64,000 nt of DNA from Azolla caroliniana (lineage: Eukaryota > Plantae > Polypodiophyta), in contig JBHGNT010000007.1 of assembly GCA_043228905.1 (NCBI GenBank), positions 6,386,001-6,450,000 on the forward strand, written 5' to 3'. Of the stretch, positions 49,950 to 63,243 are shown in pieces. The position numbers and the translations under genes are program-made. The notes under the pieces were generated by a model that was not told where the DNA came from, did not search any database, and saw only the letters and a list, made by a program, of their open reading frames with translations. Numbering within the stretch: position 1 is the stretch's first letter; each line of letters begins with the position of its first letter.

Positions 49950-50340
49950 GTTGACAATTTACCTCCAAATGATTAAATGGAAACTCTCCCCCTCAACTTT
50001 TGAATTCAGCTTTGTTGAACACAGTGGATGCCTCCTAAGGACTAGATCTAGGAAGAACAAAGCCACAAAGAGCATCAAGGTTGGTTCCCATCGTGTTATT
50101 GTGGAGTTGAGGACACTCTCCCATTAAAACGTGTTGTGCTTGCCAATTTACAAGTAGTTAGCATTTCCTCGATGAATATGTGAGATGACAAGACTAAGAT
50201 TGGCAATGTCTCTTAGATCTAACTAGTGCATGGAATCCATAAACACATCCCCCCACAAACATACAATTTTCAATGTCTCCCATCAGCAATTGGGCCAAAT
50301 TAATATTATATACAACACATGCATCATCACACTAGGTGTC
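49950..50340 (-). mobile_element. Possible hAT transposase relic
   Basis: Minus-strand fragments ACVVYNINL..LMGDI and STITRW resemble the hAT C..H.L.L...D and TRW/F motifs; heavily decayed. Confidence 0.35.
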
Positions 50341-50743
50341 TCGAACACAAAATTGCTCATAGACAACAAGCTGATGGAATAACATGCAACAATTGTGGTT
50401 CAGTGGGTCCTCAAGAGGTGAGTATTCATGTCTTTCCATAAGGTGGACATAACTCAAGACTCTTATCTCTTGGATGTCTAATAAAATGCAATATGTTTAT
50501 ATCCTATGATGAGCCAACTTTGTAAACCTTAGAGGCATTATTATGGAAAAGAAAATTGGACCACCTTAGCTTAGAACTAACAATGGATATGACCATCAAT
50601 AAGATATGCACAATGTAAGAAACTTGCATTGTTAAGATTTGATAGGGGCATGAGTAAAAACTTGTGTGTGTGTGTGTGTGTGTTCTTGTTTGTTTAAATT
50701 GTGTTTAAGAAGAAGAAGAAGAGCAAATGGAGAGCTTCTGCAA

Positions 50744-53700
50744 TTATACATGAGAATTCTTTTTCTTGTCCAAGTAACTATGCAATCTATATAGCAAAGG
50801 GTTTTTCTTCTTCTTCCCACTCATAGTAGTACTCTGAGGTGGGTCTAACACATCTAAATCTACCATCTCTCCTTTCTTATTCATATGTAGAGGTGTCATC
50901 ATTCCTATGTTAATCACATTCGCCTCCTCTTCTCCTTCTCCTTGCGGCGGATCTGGCTGAGGTTTCTCATCTCGGCATTCCAAGACAGGATTTTGGTTTA
51001 AGTTTGAATGAATGGGTATGTCTTTCGTCTCAGGCAATGCATTCCTTTGCTTACTTTCGTCAAGAAGTCTTTGGATATCGCCTTCAAGAATCAACTTCGC
51101 CTTCTCCATCTCCACGAGGCTCCGATGAGCTTCCATGACCGCTTTCTTGTTGGCTTCTTTCTCCGAATCGGCAACACTCAAATCCATCCGAAGCTTCTCG
51201 TTCTCCAGGCCCAATATCCCTGCCTCGGCTATGGCAACTTGTAGCTCCCTTTCACATGCGTCGAGCTTCATCTTCAAGCTATCCATTCTCTCCTCTGATA
51301 TAATAATGTCACCAGTGTTGTTATTATCATACATACATTTGCTTTCCTCATTTGTATAATGTGATTCTTCCTCGTCTACTTCTTCTCTATTCTGTTTCTC
51401 CCACATCCCTGATTCCAGCTCATTTCTCACCAACAACTCATCTCTACTCATTTTCCGTGATATGTCTCGAGAATCTATCCTTATCAATGATAGCTCATCT
51501 CTCGCAATCCGAGCTTCGTCTTTCGCTTTCTCAGCTTCTATTCTTGCCACCTCTAAACTCTTCATTGTATCTTGTAATACCACTTTCACTTCCTCTGCTT
51601 CTTTTCTAGCTAGTTGAACCTCCTCCATAGCTCGCTTTACCAAGGTCAATGATTTCTCCTCAACCACGTTCGCTGCCTCTAATGCCCTTCTTGCATCATC
51701 TTTAGATATTTGTGCTCCGGCCAATGCATCTGAAGCGATTTGTTTATTGGCGTGGGCTGCTTTTTCAGCAATATCAGCCTCCTTTCTCCATTTCTCCCTT
51801 TCAAAAACAGTTTTCTCTAATAATACCTGAGCATTATGCCAATCCTCTTGCGAGATTCTGGCAACTCTCGATGCATTTCCTAAGGCTGTTTTCAATTCGT
51901 AATCATCAGCATTTGCGACCACAATCTCGGCATTCTCATTCATTTCTCTCTCCTTCAACTCGAGACCTTTGACATTGTTGTTTGTGGCTAATGCTGGGAG
52001 TGATAAACTTATGTCCATATACTTGGCATCCATTTCTGACAATCTTTTCCGGAGATCCTCTATCTCTGATTGCTTCTCTTCAAGACGACCCTCTAATGCA
52101 GCAAACCTAAGGGATGCTATCTCCTTCTCTCTCACCATCTCCATTTGAGAAACTTGACCATTTCTTTGTGATTCTTCAAGGCATTTGCTCAGCTCAAAAA
52201 CCTCAGTATTTAGGGCCGCAATCTTTCCATTTGCATTCATTTCTCTCTCCCTTAGCTCAATAAGTTTCACTTCATCATTATGAAACAATGCCAATATGGC
52301 TTCATATTTACCATTAATTTCTGATAGTCTTTCCTGAAGATCCACTCCATCTGCTTTCTGTCTTTCTAAATCGCATATTAAAGAAGCAATCCTTGCAGAA
52401 TCCACACATTCTCTCTCCTTTTGTTTCACCAATTCTGCTTCTATTCTTTCTACTTCCATTCTAAGAGCAACAATTACATCATTCCATTCTTTCTGATGCT
52501 CAATCAATTCTTGTTTTTTTGCTTCTAGTTCTTTACGCAGTGCATCAGCATTTGCAATAATAGCCTGCTCTTTTTCGACCATCAATGCAATCTCAGATTT
52601 ATAGCTAGAAAGTTCTACTTTTAGATCCTCCATATCCGAAAGAGCCGAAGCTTCTTTTTGTTTAAGCATAAGCATTTCCTCTTGGTTTCTTATTGTCATT
52701 CTCTCTAGTCTGGATTTCATATCTTCCACTTCACAACTTGCAGTGGACTCTCTACTCTTCATCTTCTCTTGGCTTCTCTCAAGCTTTTCTTTGAGAAACT
52801 CAAGAGATGAAATTAGGACACCCTCTGTAACAGTTAAGTTTAAAAGCTTTTCTTGTGCTTCCTCTAACTCTGTAGAGATTTGGGTCTCTGGTGTTTCCTC
52901 TACAAAGACATTTTTTATTGCCATGATTTGACCACACTCTGATACCATAAACTCTAAATTGTGATTCGATGTACCATATAACTCTTCACATCCAAGAAGA
53001 CTCTCATCGAAGCTAACAGATAACTCGTCAGTGAACTCATCCAATCGAATCTCTGAAGAGTTATGTCTAGGAAGAATTTGCCTAGTATTCCTTCGGGAAA
53101 GCTCAAAAGAAAGCTCTGAGACTCTCCTGGATGTAGATTCAGCTGCAGTCATAGCTTCTCCTGCAAGCCGAACAGCTTCATCTTTTGCTTCTATACAAAC
53201 AAAGAGCTCATGTTTCAGAGCTTCCATGGCGTGCTTGTTTGCTTCTATCTCCAACAGTGCATTTTCATACCGATCTCTCATGGAATCTATCTCTATTTGA
53301 TGATTCCCATTTCCTTGCGATATAATAGCATTATCATCCGTCTTGTTGGATTGAATGGTTTCTCCATGTGACTTGGATTTTTCCAAGAGCTTCATGTTTA
53401 GGTCGTCTACGTTTCGTTTAGCTCGAGCGAGATCTTGCATCAGATTCGACTTGGATTTCTCCATGAGGCTAAGCAATTCTCTTGTTCTAACAAGGTCTTC
53501 TTGAACCTGGTGGAGTCCGACGGCTTTGCTTACAATAGGTGCCCTTTTCTGTGCGAACAAGGGAGACCCATAAGCATGATAAACGAAACCCATAAAGGAA
53601 ATTCATTGTTTTAAATCAATTTCAATTACTCTAGGAGAAATAAAATATAATGATGGAAAGCCACCGTTTAAATGCGAGAAAAAATATGCAGAGAGATCCC

Positions 53701-54158
53701 ACTAGCAAGAACTTCCATTAGAATATGCAATGTTTTGTAATAAGCAATACATGAAATGCATTTTTTCAATGTCAAACAGAATGATATATGAAAAGGAAGA
53801 AGAACTCATTCGTTAAGAGAATAAATGTTGGCTGAACAATAGAAACAAAAGAAAAATATAATAGAGAAAAGGCATTGTTGAGAACAGATTCGATTTGGAT
53901 GGAGAAAACATCATATAGAGCGAAAAAATAAAGAGCAATTCTTTTATACAAGAAACAATTCATTACATTAGACATAAATTTAGGCTGAAATGTTACCTCA
54001 GGTCGAGGCACGGTAGGCTTTCTTTCGGACCCATTAGAAGAAGGTAATGAAGAAGAAAAAGGATGCCTAATCGACACCGAAGCATCCAAGCTTGAGTTAA
54101 TTTTCAAAGATTTCTGAAGACGAGGCGACATAGAATGTGAAGTTTTGGGTGTAGACAT
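50744..54158 (-). CDS. Long coiled-coil protein, WEB family (At5g16730/At3g02930-like) or ICR/RIP-related. Exons ~54158-53997 and 53548-50744; start uncertain
   Basis: Ser/Pro-rich N-terminus (MSTPKTSHSMSPRLQK..), LHQVQEDLVRTRE motif, heptad-rich body and basic tail KKKKNPLLYRLHSYLDKKK; in-phase GT-AG intron at 53996-53549. Confidence 0.75.
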
Positions 54159-54398
54159 ATCTGCTCTGCTCTTCAGATCCCTTCTCTTCTCAGAACTACA
54201 GAACCGAGGCTTGAATCTTCGATACAATTACAAACGAGGACCACTCTGCTCTGTTTCTGTGGAGCAATTAAAATGAAGCAGAGGGGAATGCAATTAGCAC
54301 ATGTGCGGCGTCCCAATCAAGTAAGGAAAGGAAGGAGGTAGAGTGGAAACAGAGCCTGTTTACACAGTCAGTTAACAATGTTTTTTAGTCTTAACTGT

Positions 54399-54403
<5 letters not shown>

Positions 54404-54435
<32 letters not shown>

Positions 54436-54632
54436 ATATATGTATATACTGTATACATATATACATATACTCTCTCTGTCTCTCTCTCTCTTTATATATG
54501 TATATACTGTATACATATATGTATACATATACTCTCTCTGTCTCTCTCTCTCTCTTTATATATGTATATACTCTGCCTCTGTCTGTCTCTCTCTCTCGCT
54601 CTCTCTCTCGCTCTCTTTATATACATATGTAT

Positions 54633-54666
<34 letters not shown>

Positions 54667-54824
54667 CGCGTGCCCCTGTTTGGCTCCTGCATCGAGAGAG
54701 AGAGAGAGTATATACATAGAATTATATACATATGTATATAGATCTAGACATAGAAGATGCAGACATATGTTTTGTATATCCATACTTACATTGCTTGTCG
54801 GAATATTATGTTCCATAGCTTAGA

Positions 54825-54871
<47 letters not shown>

Positions 54872-54976
54872 AGAAGAACAGTAGATCCGTCCCTGTAAGG
54901 CTGTATATTCGATTTTCCCTCTCCCTCTTCTCTGCTTCTATTACAAGCAATGTTTTGAATTTTGGTTCTGCTATTG

Positions 54977-55017
<41 letters not shown>

Positions 55018-55205
55018 CTGTGTCTGTGTCTGTGTCTGTGTCTCTCAGAAATCAATGTCAAAGGCGTCGATCCTGGGAACTTGAAAAGAAAAGAAAGAAC
55101 GAGAATATGGCGGGAGTGGGAAGGGGAAGAGAGAGACAGACACACACACACACACAGAGGCTACCAGAGAGAGAGAGAGAGAGAGAGTGTGTGTGTGTAG
55201 AGAGA
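54404..55205. repeat. Compound (CT)n/(TA)n/(AG)n/(TGTGTC)n microsatellite region at the 5' end of the coiled-coil gene
   Basis: Directly visible. Confidence 0.9.
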
Positions 55206-55231
55206 GAAACACTGAGGAGGTGGAAGCCGTT

Positions 55232-55296
55232 GACCAATCATCGTAAATGGTATATGTGACGTGGAGGCATGGCCTATTTTGATTGGTCCACGTGGA
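55232..55296. promoter_or_regulatory. Candidate promoter elements: two ACGT-core G-box/ABRE motifs and an inverted CCAAT pair
   Basis: TGACGTGG at ~55257, CCACGTGG at ~55289, GACCAATCA / TGATTGGTC; upstream of the minus-strand coiled-coil gene. Function not shown. Confidence 0.35.
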
Positions 55297-56359
55297 ATGC
55301 CCTTGTGGTTGTGCCCAATCTTGTCTTTGTTTGTCTTGGATCATGAGATGATGATGATGATGATGATGATGGATGCATGCATGCATGATGATGGATGTAT
55401 GCATGCATGATGGATCCATCTCCACATGAGAGGATGGTACAAACTGATGATGATGACGATGGCCCACAAGGAGTGCTGTCAGAGACGATTCCGATGACAT
55501 GACCCTTCCATGGGCTTCGCCTCGACCGTATCAGCCAATTCGGTTTGTTCCTTCAATCTAGTCCCTCATCACATCTCGCTCCTCGATAACATAATCCGCA
55601 TCGGTCTATACCCATTCTTGCGCTCAATATCTAGGTTCAGGACCCTTGGGATACATACATGTGTATATATTAAATCATGCACCCCCATGTGCATCTGTGG
55701 GCATGGGCTTAGATTCTTAGAATAACTATTATAAGGATAATAAAACCATCACGATGCCCACTTGTGTGTACCTCTTACGGGCCTTGATAGGTGTTTTCAC
55801 AAGGTGGGTATCTAGTATATACAACTCACTCCTCCCATAATGGAGAAACCATTCGTGGTGGTGTTTGTCAATGACAATGTCTTAATTAGGGAATTGATGT
55901 ATATTGTGAGAAGATCCGTGATGCATGTGAGCCTTTTTCGTTTGAACAAACAATTAGTAATAAACCTAGGTCTCAAATTCAAGGAGAATAATGTGAACCA
56001 CGATTTTCATTGTCACATTTCCCTTGGGATATGAACCCAGACTTGTGACCATACATAATTATACTCAAAGAATCAAGGGAAAGTACCAAAATATACTCCC
56101 AAGTGTAAGAAATTAAACAAGCATGATGCCTTGTTTTCAAAATTCTTGTGTAAGATTGTTCGACTAGTTTTGAGCTCCGAATCACTTTAATACACCAATT
56201 GATTTATAATGACTAGACAACAAATGCATGAAAATGGGCACAAATTCTGGGTGATTATGATAACGTAATGACGTAGGACTATCCTACTATGTTTGAATAA
56301 CAAAGTTGAAGAAAAGGGACTACTAAAGAAGGCAACATGGATTGTCGAGATTAGAAAGC

Positions 56360-56950
56360 ATAGAGTGTTGAGATACTAACCATGCTAAGACTATACAAGT
56401 ATATCACAAAACTCAAGAATAGGACTAATCACATATTGCCAAAACAAGCTTGGAGGATAGGATTCAAAGTACAAAAAACTATTAAAAGTAAAATTCTCTC
56501 ATCTCTACAGATGCTTAACATTATGAAATGGTTTAAGAGATGTGTAGTAAAAAATCTATTGGAGCTCTCAAGTGATGCAATGAAGTATGGAAATACACGA
56601 CATATTAGTAGAGGCATTAAGGATGAAGTGGCAAGATGCTAACATATCAAATTTGGAAAACTACATGGCAAATATTAACCCCCCAATGTTGGCCCCATTA
56701 CAAGGTAAAATGCCAAAATATACCCAATCGTATCTCACTACCCCATGAACCTTGGCTTTTGGAGAGCATTAACACTCCTTTGAACTCGTTCACACAAATA
56801 AATTAGGTGTTAATGTAGTGTCACGACATCATCACCCAAATATTAAGATATACAAGTTGGTTATGAAAACCTAGAGTAGGATGAATATCACTTATTGCAT
56901 ACTCAATGTATAAGGTAATTCGTGAGAAAATACGATGACTCATTAAACGT
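56360..56950 (+). mobile_element. Degenerate LINE 3' fragment
   Basis: ..NHILPKQAW..MLNIMKWFKR.. resembles the relic at 4300-5070. Confidence 0.5.
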
Positions 56951-57884
56951 ACATGATAATGTAAGTGTCGTACTCAAACATCCACAAAGAATGGTGAGCA
57001 CATGTGTGTTCATTATTTTCTCATATAGAGTTTTTATTGTGGAGTAGTAACATCCCTTCTTAGGAAGAAGTCATATACAAGATGATATGTTCATTTGGTC
57101 CCATATGTCAAAATTGACCTCCTCATCGACACTAAAACATCTAGTCTATTCTCTCTCAAATTAAGTCGTGTCCCTCCCTAATAGCTAATACTTAACCGTA
57201 AGCATTGATATTGAATGTTTATGCTTTAGCTTATTGTAAGAGCACAATTGCTCTAACAACTTGCATTTGTAAATTGTAATAGAGGTGTTGTCTATTTGTG
57301 ATTTCCTAAAGTTATGTGTGCTTTGATTACATGATTACTCATGTACATTAAGTAGGCAAAGTCCTGTATTAGCCAGCCCATTTAAAAAATGGTGGTGTGG
57401 ATAAGATTAACATTTGCCAAGGAAACAAGTGGTGGTATGGTTGATGTGGTCGAGAGTGATTTAAACCTTGTATCGCTCAATTCACCATCTACAGGGTGTT
57501 ATTCCATTTGAACGTAAACAACAATGAACCAATGAGTTAACACTTTTGTCGTTAGTTAAGTAGAATGAAGCCCTAAATTTTGATTTAAACTTAACATTTG
57601 GTGCAGTTGTCAAGGATTAGCGGAAGTCAACAAATGGTCGATTGATTATTTCGCAAACACCGAAGGTGTACAAATAACTAGAAGTGACAAGCCCTTAACA
57701 AAACTTTCCCTTTCCATTTAGTGTTTAGAATCCTAAGTAGTTTTCATCATTATTGTTCAATTCTATTTTCAAGACATTGTATGCTTCACTTTTCTTTTCG
57801 AACGCAACACGCTTTTTTTTTCTTTTTTTCTTTTTCCAAAAAAAAACTCCTTCCATTAGTTATAAAATTTTACAAACGAGATCA

Positions 57885-58500
57885 TTATGTACAAATCCCT
57901 CTAGGGACGCGATAGTTCCATCTTATGTGGATGTCCACTAACTCAAGAAAGGGAGAGGACGACCATTGTTGGATGAAGGCTATTCGTTGTCTTTTAACTC
58001 CATCAGAGCCACCATTGAGGCCATTATATTGGCTCTTTAGAGTGGCTACAATTTCACTCCATATCTCTTGCAGTAACATTGTTGGATGCGCGGTTTGGTT
58101 GGAGAAGACCCGACTACACCATTGTTTCCATAGAATCCAGAGAGTTATTGGGTTGACCAATTCCAATACAACTTGAGATTTGTCATTAAGAGGAGTTGAG
58201 TGGACGTTGCCGTTGGCGAAGAAAAAAACCTCTTGTGCTTTTATCACCAAAGTCATCCCCTCCTCCTGATGCTCGTATCTGCCAAATGGGGTCTACCATG
58301 ATAGCCAACATATATTATCCCACTTGATTGAGCCTTGCACCTGGCATAATTGCAACAAGCGGCCATCCCCCCGCCATATTCGATGGGACACTCTTAAAAC
58401 AACTAGCAATATCTAAAAATGTTCTTCTACCTCCTTTACATTCTTCAACACCTCCCAACATATACCCGGTGACAACATTCCAAACACGATCTTCCTATTG
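57885..58500 (-). mobile_element. L1-like LINE C-terminal fragment
   Basis: PITLWILWKQWCSRVFS..IVATLKSQY is homologous to ORF 19992-20306. Confidence 0.7.
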
Positions 58501-58940
58501 ACGCCCTCATAACTTGGCAGTTTTAGACTCACGAACACTTGCACAGAAGCGTGTGCCCTCATTAAGCCATGGAAATGTTAACCATTTCTATACACGTGGA
58601 CATTGGTCAAAAGAGAAGGAACAAGCATGGAGTTAGATAAGGGATAAAGGAAACAAGATATTGTTGCACAATGTGAAAAGTGTCAAGAGCATTGTAAAAG
58701 CTATAAAAGCCACTTTTATGATACTTTTAAGCTTCTTCTTAATATCTAGAGAACTTGAGCTATAGCTTAAGCATGTTCTAATCCTCATCTCCTTAACTCT
58801 TGTAATATGCAAAACTTACGATCTCATCTTACACATTCAAGTTTATCGTAACTCACTAAAAACGACTCTCAAATGTTATTGATCGTGGTTGTCTCTTTTT
58901 TATTGCATTTTCTTAGTAGTTAACATTAAGTGATTAAGTG

Positions 58941-59233
58941 TGTTGAGAGATCAAGCTCAATTTAGTTTAGTTAGTTAGTCAACCATGTAACTTCATAGTT
59001 ACTTAAATAGAATCTAGTTAGAAGTGTTGACTATAACGACTTAAATAGGACCTTGTACTTAAGTGGGATATTCTAGATCCTTCACTCCTAAGTACATTTA
59101 ATATAGGACTTACACCTTAGTACCCTTGCACATGAGATGTATATATACCTCATTGTGGGTATTTTTGTATATGATGATGATAATCCTAATTTAATATAGT
59201 TACTCATCCCCCATCTTGTGTTGTTCATAAGTG

Positions 59234-59280
<47 letters not shown>

Positions 59281-59362
59281 TATCACTTAATCTTCCGCTT
59301 AACTTAATCACATAATTAGGTACTAATTAACCCATACTTAATTACTTTCTTAATTCTTAACA
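58941..59362 (+). mobile_element. Solo LTR (422 bp), inverted homolog of 10289-10742
   Basis: TGTTGAGAGATCAAGCTC...TTCTTAACA. The flanks (AAGTG / GTGAG) are not a clean 5-bp TSD. Confidence 0.8.
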
Positions 59363-60335
59363 GTGAGATTAAGCTCATTTGTGTACATTTTGATATTAGG
59401 TTTAGAGCTTGCTTTTTTCGTTCTCCAATATTCACTCCCAAGTTTAGGAACAGGTTGGCACCCTATCCTACCTGCCTCATCAATAAAAGAGTAGACATTC
59501 TCTGAGTCCCTCTAGATCTTGGTTCTATGATAGTTAGGTAAGCCTAGCTAGAAAGTGTGGTAAGTCCTAAACTTACCCACGCATGACCTAGCTTTTTCCC
59601 AAATATGGTATATAGAAGCATCCAATTGTGAACATACGAAGTCTCATATACAAGATGATGTACATACACACTCTGGAGAAGTCCGAGAGGCAATATCTAC
59701 CTCTAATTAGTATTGAATAAATTTGGAATACCAAATGGTACCACACATGCATTTGGATGATAGTATATGATTAGGAATTCACCAAACAATGCACTCTATC
59801 CTGGCTTGCTCACTATTTGTGCCCATGATGGGGTGCTTCACACACTTACATATATTATGAATTAGATAATGTTTGCATCCTTTGTCATCATTCTTTCTTC
59901 AAAGGTCACCCTGCTCTATGCTTAACATTGCAATTCAAGCACAGGTTCCAGAACTTGGTTCTTTAATGCACTGTCCTGATTTCATCATACTTTGTCAACG
60001 TGTGATATCTTCGAAATGTAATGCCACCTATGCGTGAACTCAAGTTTGTTTTACAGGTTAGGTTTGAGCTTTGTCATCAGTTCGATGAATAGTTATTTGA
60101 TGCAAGATCACTTCAATGGATTCCCCTTTAATAATTAGTCTTGCTGGAAACTCTAGCATAGCAATAGTATTAAGAGAGCCATATATGCCAATTGGCTTGA
60201 TGACATGCCCCATATATATACCTCAGATGAAAGCTTCTGACAAAAGACCATCTGACATGTATACTCAAACCTCATTCATGGTCTCTGATGGTATAATAAT
60301 AATCCCAAGTTCTATGTAAAAACTCTTCACTCTTT

Positions 60336-62996
60336 TTAAGTGACATTTCCTAGCCTCGAATCGGCATATATGTTCATCATCAAATCATATGCAGCAGTTT
60401 GATTGGAATGAAGGTTCACTGCATGAAGGAATGCATATTTGCCCAATTCTTCATTACCATGGATACGACAAGCACTCAAAACACAAAACCAAATGTTCAT
60501 ATCAGCCTTCAATGGTAGTTCCTTCAACATGCTCTCGAGTCGTTTGAAATCACCTACTCTACCAAGAAGATCTACCAAACTACCGTAATGTGATAAATCA
60601 AAAGAAAGATTATACATTCTCGTCATTGAAGTAAAATATTTAAGACCCATCACAACAAGACCAGAATGACTGCAAGCTGAAAGAATTGAAGTAAGGGATA
60701 CCTTATTTGGACGGATTCCTGTTGTTTGCATTTCATCAAAGGTTTTTAAGCTTGTTATACAATTACCTTCTACTGCATAACCAGCAATGCATGCAGTCCA
60801 CACGGCAACATCAGGTTCAAGAACAGCATCAAAAACTCTATTTGCATCTGACATGCTAGCATAGCTCCCATACCCATGAATTAAAGAGGCAGAAATGAGC
60901 ACATTCTTATCATATTCACCAGATAAAATATCAAAATAGAGGTGATTACACATCTCTATGTCTCCAATTCCACTGCAAGATTGTAGAACACAAATAAGAG
61001 TGCAATCATCAAGAAGCACTTGTTCATTGCGGAATCTCTTGTATAACAGTAGAACTCTCTCAGCTTCACCTTGCTTTGCATAAGCTGAAAGCATAACTGT
61101 CCAAGCCACTATATCTGGTCGTGGTAATGTATTGAATAAATACTCTGCTTGAGGTAGATCTCCACATTTCCCATACATAACCAAAAGGGCATTATTAGCA
61201 TAGACATTTGCAGCATATCCCATCCTTTTTATGTCAACATGCAATGCTTTACCAATCTCCAAAGCCTTAGCTTTCATTGATTTGTATTCATCAATTTCTT
61301 GAGCCACTTTCTCAGCAAGAAGGCTGCATGCCTGAAGAGACACCACAAACGCATGTTGATCTGGTCTTATACCATCCTCTTGCATTTGCTGATAAAGCTG
61401 GAGTACCTTCTCCCCTTCACTTTGCTCAACATAGGCATCAAGCATTGCAGTCCAAGAAACAACATCACGCCTAGAGAGTGTCTGGAACATGTTTCTTGCT
61501 TCATCTATCATACCACACTTACTGTACATATTAATAAGGCTCGTTGCAACAAAAGTATCCGATGCAAGCCCTTTTCTTCGAGCATAGTCATGCAAAGCCT
61601 TCCTAATGTTCATCACTGATTGTATCAACGATCTTATGCATATGCAATGAGAGTTTCTCTCATCCTCAATCATATCACAAGCTTGAAGAATCAGCACAAC
61701 TGTGTGTCTCTCTTGATTGACATGATCCTCAAGCATTTGTCTATATAACCTCAATGCTTTCCCTCCCTCACCTTGTTCAATGTATGTTGCAAGCATTGCA
61801 TTCCAAGATGTTGAATCTCTTTGAGATAAATTACAAAACACATTCTCTGCCTCGAGGGAGTTCCCACACTTACCATACATACTCACTAGCACATTCCCAA
61901 TCGAAGAATCTGACAATAATCCTTTTTTACAAGCGTCTGAATGTAATACCAATCCAATGACTAAGGGCAACTCTTTCATTGAAAAACAGTTCACATCATT
62001 AGATTTCTCTCTTGAATCATTGTATTCATCCTTTGAATCATTGCATTTCTCCTTTGAAATGATCCCACATGCATGAAGTGCAAACACAAATGTGTGTTTA
62101 TCAGGTATCAACTCTTCCTTATGAAGTCTTCTATACAATACTAATGCTTTATATCCTTGATTTTGATCGACATATGCAGAGAGCATTGCATTCCATGACA
62201 CTATATCCTGTCTAGGGAGTATATAGAACACTCCCTCTGCTTCAGCAATGGCTCCACACTTTCCATACATACTCACAAGTGTATTTACAATAAAACCATC
62301 CAATTCCAAACCCATCTTACAAGCATCAACATGCAGATTTCTTCCTCTCTTGAGGTCTCGAGTTGCTCCACAAGCCTTGAAAAGGCTAACAAAAGTATAG
62401 TTATTTGCTTGAATTCCCTCCTCTTGCATCTTTTGATAGATTTCAAGAGCTTCTTGACCTTTACCACTATCAGAATGAGCTGAAATGATGGCCGTATATG
62501 AGAAGACTGTTCGAGAAGACAATTTCCAGGCAAGTGTGATCGCGTCTTCAATAGCACCACATTTGGCCAAAGTTACCACAATATAATCGCTCAATAAGGA
62601 GGAAAGGATAGGTTTGCTTTGCATAAGATGAGCATATACTCTCATGGCTTGAGGTAAGTTCTTTGTATTACTACACAAATTTAAAATTGACATGTATGTC
62701 TTGTCAGAAATATCCAAACAAGTGTGTTTAAAGAGATAATCAATCGATTCTTTGAGCTTCTCTTCATAACAAAGAGAGCGAATTTCTTCTTCGTCCTCCT
62801 CTTCTTTCTCTTTTTCTCGCTTTTCTTCTTCGTCTTCTCTAGAAAAATATCCATCTTTCTTGCTGAAATACATTGCCCTGCTGTTCGAAAGTGAGGGAGA
62901 ATCGACAACATTAGAGTGAGGAGGAGAACTATGCAAACATTGAGGAATGTGTCGGTTTCGGAGACGCAGAGCAATACTCAGAATTGGGCGATGCAT
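60336..62996 (-). CDS. PLS-class pentatricopeptide repeat protein with an E-domain end and no DYW, 886 aa, intronless
   Basis: Repeated LVSMYGKCG..A..VF..L..D.VSWNAML motifs; C-terminal HYGSLVDLLGRVG..W..LSACRIHGN..AAYDLMMNIYA. Confidence 0.93.
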   Translation of the reverse strand: MHRPILSIALRLRNRHIPQCLHSSPPHSNVVDSPSLSNSRAMYFSKKDGYFSREDEEEKREKEKEEEDEEEIRSLCYEEKLKESIDYLFKHTCLDISDKTYMSILNLCSNTKNLPQAMRVYAHLMQSKPILSSLLSDYIVVTLAKCGAIEDAITLAWKLSSRTVFSYTAIISAHSDSGKGQEALEIYQKMQEEGIQANNYTFVSLFKACGATRDLKRGRNLHVDACKMGLELDGFIVNTLVSMYGKCGAIAEAEGVFYILPRQDIVSWNAMLSAYVDQNQGYKALVLYRRLHKEELIPDKHTFVFALHACGIISKEKCNDSKDEYNDSREKSNDVNCFSMKELPLVIGLVLHSDACKKGLLSDSSIGNVLVSMYGKCGNSLEAENVFCNLSQRDSTSWNAMLATYIEQGEGGKALRLYRQMLEDHVNQERHTVVLILQACDMIEDERNSHCICIRSLIQSVMNIRKALHDYARRKGLASDTFVATSLINMYSKCGMIDEARNMFQTLSRRDVVSWTAMLDAYVEQSEGEKVLQLYQQMQEDGIRPDQHAFVVSLQACSLLAEKVAQEIDEYKSMKAKALEIGKALHVDIKRMGYAANVYANNALLVMYGKCGDLPQAEYLFNTLPRPDIVAWTVMLSAYAKQGEAERVLLLYKRFRNEQVLLDDCTLICVLQSCSGIGDIEMCNHLYFDILSGEYDKNVLISASLIHGYGSYASMSDANRVFDAVLEPDVAVWTACIAGYAVEGNCITSLKTFDEMQTTGIRPNKVSLTSILSACSHSGLVVMGLKYFTSMTRMYNLSFDLSHYGSLVDLLGRVGDFKRLESMLKELPLKADMNIWFCVLSACRIHGNEELGKYAFLHAVNLHSNQTAAYDLMMNIYADSRLGNVT

Positions 62997-63243
62997 CGAT
63001 TCCTTGAGCTTCTCTTCATAACAAAGAGAGCGAAATTCTTCTTCTTTCTCTTTTTCTTGCTTTTCTTCTCCGACTTCTCTAGAAAAATATCCATCTTTGT
63101 TTGCTGAAACACATTACCCTGCTGTTCGAAAGCGAGGGAGAAACGACACAACATCAAAGTGTGGAGGAGAATTAATCAAGCATTGAGGAATGCGTCGTTC
63201 CTGGGGATGCAGAGCAATACTTCGAATTGGGCGATGCATCGAA
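62997..63243 (-). repeat. Tandem duplicate of the PPR N-terminal coding region
   Basis: Homologous to ~62745-63000 (MHRPIRSIAL.. vs MHRPILSIAL..). Confidence 0.88.

Noticed and set aside
54378-55500. RERERE, SLSLSL and poly-His ORFs
   Set aside because: Microsatellite translations.
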